Source of the DNA: an uncultured virus (IMG/VR IMGVR_UViG_3300030331_001986) | Lineage: Duplodnaviria; Heunggongvirae; Uroviricota; Caudoviricetes | Direction: 5' to 3' (one strand) | DNA length: 64,000 nt | Virus record (IMG/VR): IMGVR_UViG_3300030331_001986 | Shown here: positions 30,401 to 37,274 of the stretch, piece by piece | How the letters are laid out: each line of letters starts with the position of its first letter | Position numbering within the stretch: position 1 is the stretch's first letter | The notes under the pieces: generated by a model | What the model was told of the DNA's origin: nothing | Databases searched by the model: none | The model's input: the letters and a program-made list of their open reading frames with translations, nothing else | Program-made: the position numbers and the translations under genes

Positions 30401-31524
30401 ATATTATCTTTAATAAATACAGGAGTTTCATCAGCATAACTAGAGTCAGGTATATCTGTTCCTTCAAAACCCCTTACAACATTCGCTACCAAAGTAATAG
30501 AATTAAAAGCAGTAACTAACATATGTTCATTATCAACTATTAATACTTGCCCCGCAGTTGGGTTAGTGCCTCCTTGTAAAGTTATAGTTGTAGCAGTAGA
30601 AGTTACCGCCCCGTCTAAAGTGCCACCATCTGTAATAAATCTTTGACCGCTATCTCTATCTACATCATAGGTTTTAATAGCATTACCTCTAGTAGTTTCT
30701 AAATTAGATAAGTATTCATTAACAGATGTTATTCCTGTATTGTTATTAGGATATATCCTATTAACAGCGTTATATGTTTGTTTAGTAAATGTGAGTTCGG
30801 TTGACCCACTTCCAGTTGCACTAGCAGATAAAACAAAAGTAGTCGTATTAGTTACCGAAGTAACAGTTGTTCCATCAGGTATATTAGTACCAGTTACAGA
30901 CATTCCAGCAAATACACCAGTAGTGTCTCCGCTATTTGCAGTAGTATTACTATTTAGAGTAAAAGTCGCTTTAACCTGATGAGCCTGATTAATACCAGCA
31001 GTAGCGTGAGTTAACACATCATTATCTGCTTTATGAATTTCATAACTGTTAATTGTTTGATATATAACTTTAAGTTCTTCGTTATTTGCTAAAGCAACAA
31101 TATTATTTTCTTCTAAAGTTATAACGGTTGCAGTTAAAGATTTAATTGTACCTACTAATGCTTGGCTATCATCATAAACGAAATCTCCTACTTTAAACCT
31201 AGTAGTAGCATCAACTGTATCTACTATTATAGTTTTAGTAGTATCAGCACTAATAGCCCCATTGACTAAAACACCTGTATCATAAAAGCCACCAGAAACA
31301 GTAAAGTCAGCAAAGTCTTCACTAATATTTCCTCTTAACAATAAAGGATTTACAGGAACTTTATACAAAGATTTTGTTAAGAAATTTTTAGTTGGATAAT
31401 ATTGAGCATGAGCAGAATCAGTTTGTGTTATATCTGTATCAGTTGTAGTTGTGCCTAATGCTTGTTCTGTTTGACCTTTACGCATAGCAAAAACATTGGT
31501 ATTAGCAAAACTGTTTATTTTCAT
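21463..31524 (-). CDS. Giant (3353 aa) tail tip/baseplate hub protein with many inserted beta modules
   Basis: VFTGTIESVE...LKIRGRD hub-like segment; C-terminal SIDKFGKK...KAGDLVTLD...YKIYEIK; internal repeats. Confidence 0.75.
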   Translation of the reverse strand: MKINSFANTNVFAMRKGQTEQALGTTTTDTDITQTDSAHAQYYPTKNFLTKSLYKVPVNPLLLRGNISEDFADFTVSGGFYDTGVLVNGAISADTTKTIIVDTVDATTRFKVGDFVYDDSQALVGTIKSLTATVITLEENNIVALANNEELKVIYQTINSYEIHKADNDVLTHATAGINQAHQVKATFTLNSNTTANSGDTTGVFAGMSVTGTNIPDGTTVTSVTNTTTFVLSASATGSGSTELTFTKQTYNAVNRIYPNNNTGITSVNEYLSNLETTRGNAIKTYDVDRDSGQRFITDGGTLDGAVTSTATTITLQGGTNPTAGQVLIVDNEHMLVTAFNSITLVANVVRGFEGTDIPDSSYADETPVFIKDNIDHLWVLVFADDPNTHHFAKITNLLENEVLGDGIQFEPAIKGDIPKDTKYAIFSSLDSNLPKIDSDNQTLVACAYGLQGTQDNTRHHANTHVSRPFFYFLNNKDRLEHSTRYVLRTTYSTGISNHYAYSVFVTAPEYGTDVIDYGPFTMEATVVDMLYKADDPTAVDTLIYTSDFLSLTNGSPDTVFLDGGGSNDVSFDNSITDLDGSTTNWGLQGILKDSRFRLTGAQTGIYIVEGNNSTATTLTMSADDFSGASTSTNLALFFTGHAVDLDHNKMYCVFSPSHYGSTSGGFFKMKDAFRMAHRPKDDDGYYYGHAIGQTRYMHYTKSPLTNCIMPNIINIDLFESVTTSGGYVDITLIDIQKILAKKFKEGDKISIHRTIKDEEFDVSRDFPIGTFDYNGGATIDIINLENNQDLRFVLESSIPKTNTDTTSRLDPLFESFTVNVDDVLYHIVPDKISNVSSDSQEFAVRLWRKETDTEYNTTTLVAGSVPNFNTDGFRRKYSFLADNLLTNLDIDTDISNYDLDYDGASAQPTNRNVTNFKNLFETAGASLKFGETALEKVNFSRINDINLVFKGSNISGHRIKVEYGDKNNNFVKLKTHLKDERFLELYNKTDYLPYADGLSNVSLYGYPINSGDDPEGTGVRFRYDLARSPSSSASSHVRGVTSYIDYFRGNLDIERKVFTGTIESVEQLIEDGAFKLKIRGRDSSSKLLGPIVNKNFKFTEDIVYSTIGPIERMALYGQVSHTDSNGVYEVGATQIVLVKDSNALIDAAVGDLLFTSLGTYIGRIFNVPSSNTYDLEEGIPTRLKENEAVMISSQFSGLLEDVIPSFLVDTNATTSQIAKQNIRGNIVSFAKAMSANPYSTIRVNSLSGTGNKGIIFNGGNALTNSAKNAPVLEGNSLIGSSSSPHPLAKGYNIHAPNGVDFDLPFYCHLADEVTKSNNIDYVNLHTVNSLTDYDIVSVSSKEEGTVIEVAPICPAVLGRVDDNPLDGRDKTLVHIGHFPDATTFLGSDSIPSGHNGIFSYTTWIEELKEGDFIFDSEGNLFGRIIDISASSTGGIANDATCFTLDRPLFKAVNSGEGIYKYFSSASPPTYHSAADITFDGDTTSISDFGGTAFKTHVISSDETAGRAFLEKLEAGMRIKIEGSSNEHNNGVFSIAHVFTDSNDKEVILYMRKAKSGSIAGGPDDESKGATIRITVLTDYFTQGLYLLNTQGLSQGGVLTLVNNNLSSPNAVDNICKPIKWNGGIYHYFTNNTVNGVSHNATGHAIYSDYIYRYGNTKWRYFGLQKGLALSYINRRKRDGQIKGAYTSEKGRINGYATAYRIEDAKYGTDKVIKYPYGYHNNDFAFNSEYFNEASNSNVNLFDSTNKIREHPYFLEYLSPESRDFRPVTGSNFADFSKHGTTIATPEHSDYNTLLYPRFMPRIHDNHRGGDWQEDTEGPVDSIDTSLIYQKFTAAGGASNAHDYDIEWDGADDDAAFIDPAASDSANFTTRLANRWVKLGGWPDKNSNRTFKLGSLSSSKYTMEVAQMPFTQIGVETLDTKTGVGGSADTTTGFEHITVLYEPFIGPKFDGITRAKDHWELPDPKTLRLSIFSPSDMYPDSMARKHHIGYSGTVDSTAIARKFTDYNIFLKGKSATKSSSVLHEYYEGSLPDEQEVDDQYENLPISEASILPSEMKRFGLMRLIDCTYDWHFNLIDPERLPSDMSKLNTPNFEYTRYQPLKALNLLITAYDGNDTLTVSAAPSGLLEIGDQIFTDKGYYLGKVFAMNDSGSSSTIDIVGTVARHPILKSDGTGNKYYGYVYVCGDGAVSLANQDRHDSFFTFRTKGRGGKNTFTEVGDNDLNMLQGMINGMHHTSGVYKQTPYGSINSAVFADGEGTDAGGFTDTTCDTNHTSGLSDGSSTSVRHITHDVNANIVVGLIVSGTGIPAGATVVAINSTTCFTLSVDTTATNSNTTLTFTSNKITESKFMTHFNENFTALSTTFSSHFVLPPSFRAYFSAHTTSSNSTESGRTVNAMQVKSYLVNRADNTIQNPIATEYSHASNVLEWVQTGDNPYKNCDVVALGRYNIEQSITNIPLGGKFKISKQVDAEGFPFAKPAVFIVGSCDYNDSTTIDTHSGAVGGTITEGQGVMGDGIPEGAYVVTVTDSDTFEISVSTTGGAKSNVDLFLTNGPLSDIPYGNSKGGITDSDLANANSGEYTFITAGTHDSYPYAKLRSDTKTETFFEDPDGTSYVADGVYGAFVPHLQLGDYNGDLTDGSLAVTKIGVNSINSINGSNSKEGWLRIINGTNNGFLNFVDLTGMYLVGNLGTAIDTQPTLVDHLPFKNGGSVHVNNDTLPNAKGIIDASGGAITSMADTMVDPKHILFVKEHRREITGNAVAHELLIDNLPIDNTGNLSFFNDYRVMRPAETCIWPESPNELNLYCLSAQTTKEPQSPSMYGFIPPVNRLNNKGEFTGGELSSIHNIDLRTSGEQGENEAIMSMYVAIDMDGRHSQQQTLTGTISNMDIGNTTLTGSSTKFTDELKEGDVILLDHQRCYVKSIISDTSLVIAGKFGNDADLSSGNITLLNNTFTVLRDYIHLFNPTGNRNTFKSGSSFNMLLTDGVSKQKMSIGVEADYYDDRALCRLTLSDSASQPMYGIVSFGEIFSLKSPLVTKVNEPTTLKIGSTIVIGEEVEDVINNLLSEEDIIYEIRDNKEYPYFISPNYQGVDIFSAATFAARYKEKELRIDETGISLTKERTTLDSQPIDLSYSSPNVNITGVTRNKSTFDLFNEIIVYGSGVKSIKRNRKSIDKFGKKTLEEVNMELISQDDVDSRAKSLLSVHSDGEDRFTIKMSNKGIDFIKAGDLVTLDFPQEGIVKGQYKIYEIKRDTQNLVELEVGTYRKDLANRFAELSIQNKSNSASIRGSQFGATTAPLDFFDSIKLKELRLVIKKISLADSDAFTLGFQTLTTRKLDFGDTMGPLETITTIITDEDFT

Positions 31525-33932
31525 GAATCCTCACCTTCAAATCTAAAATAAAGTAATGTATTTCTGAAATTAGGAAGCAAAGTATCTAAACTTTGAAAAG
31601 TAGTTTTAACATCTTTAGTAATAGAAAACTCATGTATCTCTCCCATAAACTGTGAAGCCCTTCTTGTTTCTAAAGTATCATTACCATTAGAACCTAAAAA
31701 GCAATCACTTTGGTCAAATTCAAACTCTGTAAAATTTAATGAAGTTCTTATAGTTACATCCTTTAATGTTCCAGCAGTAGTTGTAGCAGAAGCAACAGCA
31801 CTTTGAGTTGTTATTGTAAATGAACTAGTCCCAACTGTTTGACTAGGTAATTGAAAAACTCCATCTAAATTAGTAACTCCTGTTCCGTCAATACTTATCC
31901 AATCTCCAACTGATAAACCATGTGCGCCTATTGTATTGATAGTTACTGTTGTGCTACCATCACCAACTATATTGTGTATTCTCAAATCACCCTCACTGAA
32001 AATAGAAGTTTCTACTACATCTCCATCTATAACTAAGTTAACTCTGTTTGCTAAACTATCATAAGACATACCTAAATAAAAAGGTCTTAAAACGTAAGAT
32101 GCTTCTTTCCAACATTCCGCTATCAAATGACCACCAAAGTTATCACTGTCACTAATACTATCACCACTTCCATCTATTAGCCTAACACCATCAAATAAAT
32201 CACTTGGTAATATTTTATACAAAGTTCTTGAAAAATTATATTCCTCTAATGGGTCTATGTAATAATCTGTAGGAGTAGAATCACCTCCACCGAAACCATC
32301 TATCTTACTAGTTCTTGCTGTACCTCCATCCTGATTTCTAGCAACTGTAATAGCATTACCACTAATAGCACTAATAGTTATTATTTCATCAAAGAATCTT
32401 AGAGAATCTCCAACAGATAAATCTCTTGCATCGTCAACATAAAAGATAGTTTCAGTTGTTGTTCTTACAGGTTTAGTTAATCTACAGGCCGCCATATAAA
32501 TATAAACAACTTTATCACCACTAATATGAGAATATAAAGAATCAATATATCCTAAAGAAATGGGTTCTTTTTGCTGTAAAGAAGTTGAAAAGGTTTTACT
32601 AGAATTTATTTGACCATAAAGTTTTCTTCCTCTCCAAACCCTATCAACCATATCTAAAGCAGAAGTACCATCTGCATTATAATTTGTACTACCATCAGCA
32701 AAGGATAAAACTCCATGGGTGCTAGTTGCTCTCGTTGTGTAATAAACTTTTAATGCTCCAGAGTTATGAATTTCAGTTGTTAATAAATTATTACCAGTAT
32801 TGGTCCCTCCAGCCGCTATCCAATTTGCAGTTTCTAAAGTTAATGTCCCCCCACTTTGTCCTCTAACTCTAAAGTAACCATCATTGTTATCAGAACCTAC
32901 AACTTTAATATATCTCATATTGGAGGCCCAACTACCAGTAGCCCTTACTATAGTATTAGTACTAGCACTAAAAGTTACAACATTAAGACTTACATCAGCA
33001 ATAGTATCTACCCCATTAAATAATCTTTCAAAGTATATTTGATTAGCACTAGAGTCTACCATTTTATGATATTTTACTCTGTCCTCTCTACCTAGATAAA
33101 TGGGCTTTCCAAACACACTATCAATTAATGCTGGCTGGTCAACAGTTACACCATAGTATTCTTTATCAGCAGTTATAACTGGGTTATTGCTTTCAATAGT
33201 TACAGTTCTAGTAATGCCGTTTGAGTCTTTTCCTTTTATGGTACAACCAATTTTATATTCAGCAGGTTGATTCATATTTGTTCTTGTCATATTTTTTAAG
33301 TAGAATTCACAATTAGGATTATAAAATAATGACATTTTGTGATTCTTACGATTATCTGTATAAATAGGGGCATTAACATCATGAGTTGTAGCAGTAGTGC
33401 CATCAAAACCTCTAGCAACTGTTACTTGATATCCATTACCAAAATTTCTTGCAGTAGAAACTATTCTCATTTTTTCATTATCTATACGAATATAATCTCC
33501 ACCATCTAAGTCTTCTAATCTACTAACATCAATTACAGTTTCAGAACTATCTAATGCTTCTGCTAAATAAGCAACATGCATATGTGAAAAATAAGCCTTT
33601 GACCTAGAAGAAGCCGCATTAGACTCATTTCCAACCGCTGAAAAGTATTTATCATTAAAAGGTAATTCCAAAACATTTGGATTAGCAGTTATATTAGAAC
33701 TAGCATTACCACCGCCAGTTTCGTAATCACCACCTAATAACCAAGCAAAACCATTTACATCATAAGGAGTTACAATAGTTTCTATCATAAAAGAATCTTT
33801 ATGGCCCCATAATCCATAAGGTTCTTCAGAGTCAGTCGGGATGTGTTTGCTATAATCTAAATGAACATAACCATCACCCATTATTGGGAATACTAATGAT
33901 TTTTTATTTTCACTATAAACTCTATAACTCAT
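31521..33932 (-). CDS. Tail protein with a LamG/ConA-like scaffold and inserted modules
   Basis: FMIETIVTP, NLVIDG, FLGSN, FMGEIHEFSI, LLYFRFE LamG elements. Confidence 0.65.
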   Translation of the reverse strand: MSYRVYSENKKSLVFPIMGDGYVHLDYSKHIPTDSEEPYGLWGHKDSFMIETIVTPYDVNGFAWLLGGDYETGGGNASSNITANPNVLELPFNDKYFSAVGNESNAASSRSKAYFSHMHVAYLAEALDSSETVIDVSRLEDLDGGDYIRIDNEKMRIVSTARNFGNGYQVTVARGFDGTTATTHDVNAPIYTDNRKNHKMSLFYNPNCEFYLKNMTRTNMNQPAEYKIGCTIKGKDSNGITRTVTIESNNPVITADKEYYGVTVDQPALIDSVFGKPIYLGREDRVKYHKMVDSSANQIYFERLFNGVDTIADVSLNVVTFSASTNTIVRATGSWASNMRYIKVVGSDNNDGYFRVRGQSGGTLTLETANWIAAGGTNTGNNLLTTEIHNSGALKVYYTTRATSTHGVLSFADGSTNYNADGTSALDMVDRVWRGRKLYGQINSSKTFSTSLQQKEPISLGYIDSLYSHISGDKVVYIYMAACRLTKPVRTTTETIFYVDDARDLSVGDSLRFFDEIITISAISGNAITVARNQDGGTARTSKIDGFGGGDSTPTDYYIDPLEEYNFSRTLYKILPSDLFDGVRLIDGSGDSISDSDNFGGHLIAECWKEASYVLRPFYLGMSYDSLANRVNLVIDGDVVETSIFSEGDLRIHNIVGDGSTTVTINTIGAHGLSVGDWISIDGTGVTNLDGVFQLPSQTVGTSSFTITTQSAVASATTTAGTLKDVTIRTSLNFTEFEFDQSDCFLGSNGNDTLETRRASQFMGEIHEFSITKDVKTTFQSLDTLLPNFRNTLLYFRFEGEDS

Positions 33933-34756
33933 ACTAACCCTCTTGCAACCTCAAATGACATACTAAATTCTACATAGGGTTGACCCCCAACAAATGTAGT
34001 ATCAAAAGAACGAATAAAACCAGCAATCGCCTCAAGTTTGTTATGTTTAGTAGTGTCGCCTAAAGGTTTTGGAAAGGGGCTACCCCCAAAACTACCGAAT
34101 GCATCTAAACTAGAACCGTTCCCACTTCTAACCCCATAGTTAAAGGGAACTAAAGGGCATTTTTCAACTGGAGTATTTTTACCGATTGCATTCCCATCTA
34201 TATCTGTAACATCATTACCAGCCGCATCTTTATCATGATAGATGAAATCATTTCCAACTCTTGAAGGTATAAAAATAATTAAGTTGTTAAGATTTTGTTG
34301 AACTTGGGCGGCAGAAGAATCAACATAAGAATGTATTAGTTGACATACTTCTTGTGCTGTCATTTTTACAATTACGTGTTTACCATCCACATCTGTATAA
34401 GTTCTATCTGCAACACCAACATCTACTGTAGTATCAACTTTTTCTTTCGGTAAATCATCCGCTTTAAATTGTTTAGAAATCTGTTGTTCAGTTATAATAC
34501 CACTAAGAGTAATACTTTTACTGGATATTCCTAAATCAATAGGTTGAGTATTTGCTTCACCAGTAAAGATACCACTAAGAGGAATAGGCATTGCCAAAAC
34601 ATCTTTAGTTGTAGATATTGCTACAGTTTCACATTTTAATGCTATTCTATTAGTATCAAAGTTTTTCATAGTAGTTGTATCTGTTCTATCTGTTATAGGA
34701 CTTCTTGAACTTAAATCAAGAAACACAAAATGTCCATCATAATCTGTTGCTACCAT
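33929..34756 (-). CDS. Putative distal tail protein
   Basis: Follows the tape measure; SITLSGII...GFIRSFD...EFSMSFEV. Confidence 0.55.
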   Translation of the reverse strand: MVATDYDGHFVFLDLSSRSPITDRTDTTTMKNFDTNRIALKCETVAISTTKDVLAMPIPLSGIFTGEANTQPIDLGISSKSITLSGIITEQQISKQFKADDLPKEKVDTTVDVGVADRTYTDVDGKHVIVKMTAQEVCQLIHSYVDSSAAQVQQNLNNLIIFIPSRVGNDFIYHDKDAAGNDVTDIDGNAIGKNTPVEKCPLVPFNYGVRSGNGSSLDAFGSFGGSPFPKPLGDTTKHNKLEAIAGFIRSFDTTFVGGQPYVEFSMSFEVARGLV

Positions 34757-34757
34757 T

Positions 34758-36509
34758 TTAATACCTCACGTTTGTTGATGAAGAAGTACTTCTATTTATT
34801 TCGGCACTTACCATTCTTCCCACTTTCTTTGCTATATCTCTTAACTCTGAATCTGATGCTCCTAAACGGCCATTAACATGAACATGAATTGTATTACCTC
34901 CAGCCATTTTTCTGCTTTCTGCATTGGAATGAACTCTTGCACCTTTTGGTAAATTAACTAACTCTGGACCCTTTTCTCCTACAACTGCTAAACCACCCGC
35001 TGATACTCCACCATTTGCAAAGAATGGAACAAAGGGAACTCCTTCTCCCTTAATTGCTCCATAAATCATCTCTCCTATTGCACCTGCGGTTTCCCCTAAT
35101 GCTGTAAAGAAATTACCTATAAAGTCGCTTATACTAGCAACAATTTGGCCTACCACTCCAAAAAATGCTAAAGTCGCTACAACGAAGGGAAGGTTGCCTA
35201 AACTTACAAGAAATTCCATAAATTTTGTATATCCTTTTTTTATAAAATCAAATACAGGTTTAAGACTCGCATCCCAAAATATAGTTTTAAGTAAAGCAAA
35301 TAAACCCTTTAATGTTAATGCAACGATACCAACCATAACAGACATAATTATACCTCCTAAACCTGCAAAGATTTTAACCACACCTTCTAACAACTTCATA
35401 CCTTTTTCCATAAAAGTTCCACTACCAAAGAATGCTGAAAATATATCAACAATACCTTCTACTGCTAAAAATACACTACCCATTATTCCTGATATTACAT
35501 CCATAACAACTTGCATCGCTTCTGCGTTTTCCATTATCTTCCTGATTAAAGAGAATACAAAGAAAGCACCCAGTAAAAATAATACAAACAATATCGAATA
35601 TTTAAGGGCAAGACCAGCGACTTTACCAAGTTTAGACATAGCACCTAAAGTTAATTTATCTCTTATCCTCGCTAAATTTTCTTTTAAACTTTCTTTTCTA
35701 TCATATAGTTCCTTTAATTTAGCAAATGGCTCAAAAAGATTATCTTTAAAATTAACCGCTTTTAAGAATCCAGTATCTTTCTTTACTTCTTTTAACTGCC
35801 CCTCTTTCTTATCAAACTCTTCTATTTCTTCTTTTGATGCTTCCCCTGTAAAGATTCTTTCTTCTAAAACTTTTAATCTTCTTTTTAAAGTTCTTTCGAG
35901 GCTAAGTTTTTCTAATAATTCTTCCTTTGCTATTTCCTTTTCTACTAGTTTATTTCTTTTATCTAGTAATTTTTTCATTTGATTTCCTTGATATTCATAA
36001 ATTTTAAGAGTTCTTTCTACGGCCCTTTTTTGAGCATCTTCTTCACTAAAATCTTTTAATGCCCCTTGACTTGCTTTAACCGCTTCAGCCATAGAATCCA
36101 TTTGTAATTTTAATTCAAGATTATCTTTAATTGCTTCTTTAAACCCAGTTCCGTTTTTTAAAATACCCTGTAATTCTTTAGTTTTTTGATTAACAGTTAC
36201 AAATTCTTCACTTAATGACGCTAAAGATTTCATACTTTCATTCTGTGATTCTATTGCTTTGGCCTGTGCATCTTTATAAAAAGTTAAAAGTTGTATTCCA
36301 CCTCTAAGATAGTTTTGTAATTTCCAAAGACCTGTACCCGATAATATTCTACTAGCGGCTGTCCATATTTTACTTTCATTAGCCGCAGTACCAATTGATT
36401 TAGCCAGCCCCTCTGTTGCCTGAGCAAGAGTATCTGCGGTATCAGATATTGAAAACATTTGAGATTCTAAGCGCATTAATTCTTTTGCTATTCTCTTTGC
36501 TTCCGACAT
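34758..36509 (-). CDS. Tail tape measure protein
   Basis: Helical with hydrophobic segments; FANGG...VVGEKGPELV...GARVHSNAES; follows the chaperone genes. Confidence 0.85.
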   Translation of the reverse strand: MSEAKRIAKELMRLESQMFSISDTADTLAQATEGLAKSIGTAANESKIWTAASRILSGTGLWKLQNYLRGGIQLLTFYKDAQAKAIESQNESMKSLASLSEEFVTVNQKTKELQGILKNGTGFKEAIKDNLELKLQMDSMAEAVKASQGALKDFSEEDAQKRAVERTLKIYEYQGNQMKKLLDKRNKLVEKEIAKEELLEKLSLERTLKRRLKVLEERIFTGEASKEEIEEFDKKEGQLKEVKKDTGFLKAVNFKDNLFEPFAKLKELYDRKESLKENLARIRDKLTLGAMSKLGKVAGLALKYSILFVLFLLGAFFVFSLIRKIMENAEAMQVVMDVISGIMGSVFLAVEGIVDIFSAFFGSGTFMEKGMKLLEGVVKIFAGLGGIIMSVMVGIVALTLKGLFALLKTIFWDASLKPVFDFIKKGYTKFMEFLVSLGNLPFVVATLAFFGVVGQIVASISDFIGNFFTALGETAGAIGEMIYGAIKGEGVPFVPFFANGGVSAGGLAVVGEKGPELVNLPKGARVHSNAESRKMAGGNTIHVHVNGRLGASDSELRDIAKKVGRMVSAEINRSTSSSTNVRY

Positions 36510-36513
36510 ATTA

Positions 36514-36729
36514 TCACCTATTGTTCTTCTTCATTTGTTTATCCATCTCTTCCGCTTTATACTGTTCCACTTCGCCATGAACCATTAACATATCTCTAAC
36601 TAAAGAGGCTGGCATTTGATAAACCTCTAATGGACTTATCGCTAAAGCCTTAGAAAGACTGTAAACTGTTATCAGAGATACAATCTGAGGATTAGCAGAC
36701 TTTCCTCTTATTGCGGCTCTGACTTCTCG
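36514..36729 (-). CDS. Tail assembly chaperone -1 frameshift extension (gpGT-like)
   Basis: A_AAA_AAC heptamer (36729-36735) opens a 71-codon -1 frame REVRAAIRG...LAISPLEVYQMP...NNR* that ends just before the tape measure. Confidence 0.85.
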   Translation of the reverse strand, partial: REVRAAIRGKSANPQIVSLITVYSLSKALAISPLEVYQMPASLVRDMLMVHGEVEQYKAEEMDKQMKKNNR

Positions 36730-37094
36730 TTTTTTGTATCATCCCCCATAAAATCTTGAAGGGGATTCGGAAGTATATCTTTTAATTGACTTCCTAAGTA
36801 TGGACTTAATCTAATTAAGTCCACTTTAGATAAACTGGGTTCAGTTTTCTCTATAAAGTTATCAATCATATAATGGTATAAATTATTTAAATCTATATCC
36901 ATTTCCTGAGTACGGGAATTAACTTTCATAACAGAAGCCATTGCCGCTTCTACTTGCATCCAAGTTGGTTCCTTTACCCATATTTTTAGATGTTCGTCAC
37001 TATTCTCAGCAATTTTGAGATAGTACAATTTCGGTTCGTTTGCCGCAAACAGCAAACTTTTATCACTAACAATTTTTTTATTTTCGTTTAACAT
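36708..37094 (-). CDS. Tail assembly chaperone (gpG-like)
   Basis: Position between tail tube and tape measure; slippery site at the 3' end. Confidence 0.8.
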   Translation of the reverse strand: MLNENKKIVSDKSLLFAANEPKLYYLKIAENSDEHLKIWVKEPTWMQVEAAMASVMKVNSRTQEMDIDLNNLYHYMIDNFIEKTEPSLSKVDLIRLSPYLGSQLKDILPNPLQDFMGDDTKNEKSEPQ

Positions 37095-37152
37095 TTTATC
37101 CACCTTATTTTTTTACCAACATACAAACAAACGGTGTTGGTGGAATATGATA

Positions 37153-37269
37153 TTATTCAGTAGTTTCTGGAGTTTCTTCCTTAACTACCTCCTTTTTCTT
37201 TTGGCGTTTTTTAGCCTTTGATTTTTTTAATTGTTTTCTGTAAAGTTCTCTTTTAGCCCACTTTTCCAT
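37153..37269 (-). CDS. Small basic protein (38 aa, not in ORF track)
   Basis: MEKWAKRELYRKQLKKSKAKKRQKKKEVVKEETPETTE*; GGTGA SD. Confidence 0.55.
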   Translation of the reverse strand: MEKWAKRELYRKQLKKSKAKKRQKKKEVVKEETPETTE

Positions 37270-37274
37270 CTAAA

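Noticed and set aside
35194..35982. 262-aa + strand ORF and the other short antisense ORFs in the track
   Set aside because: They are shadows of well-supported opposite-strand genes, with no SD or recognisable motifs.
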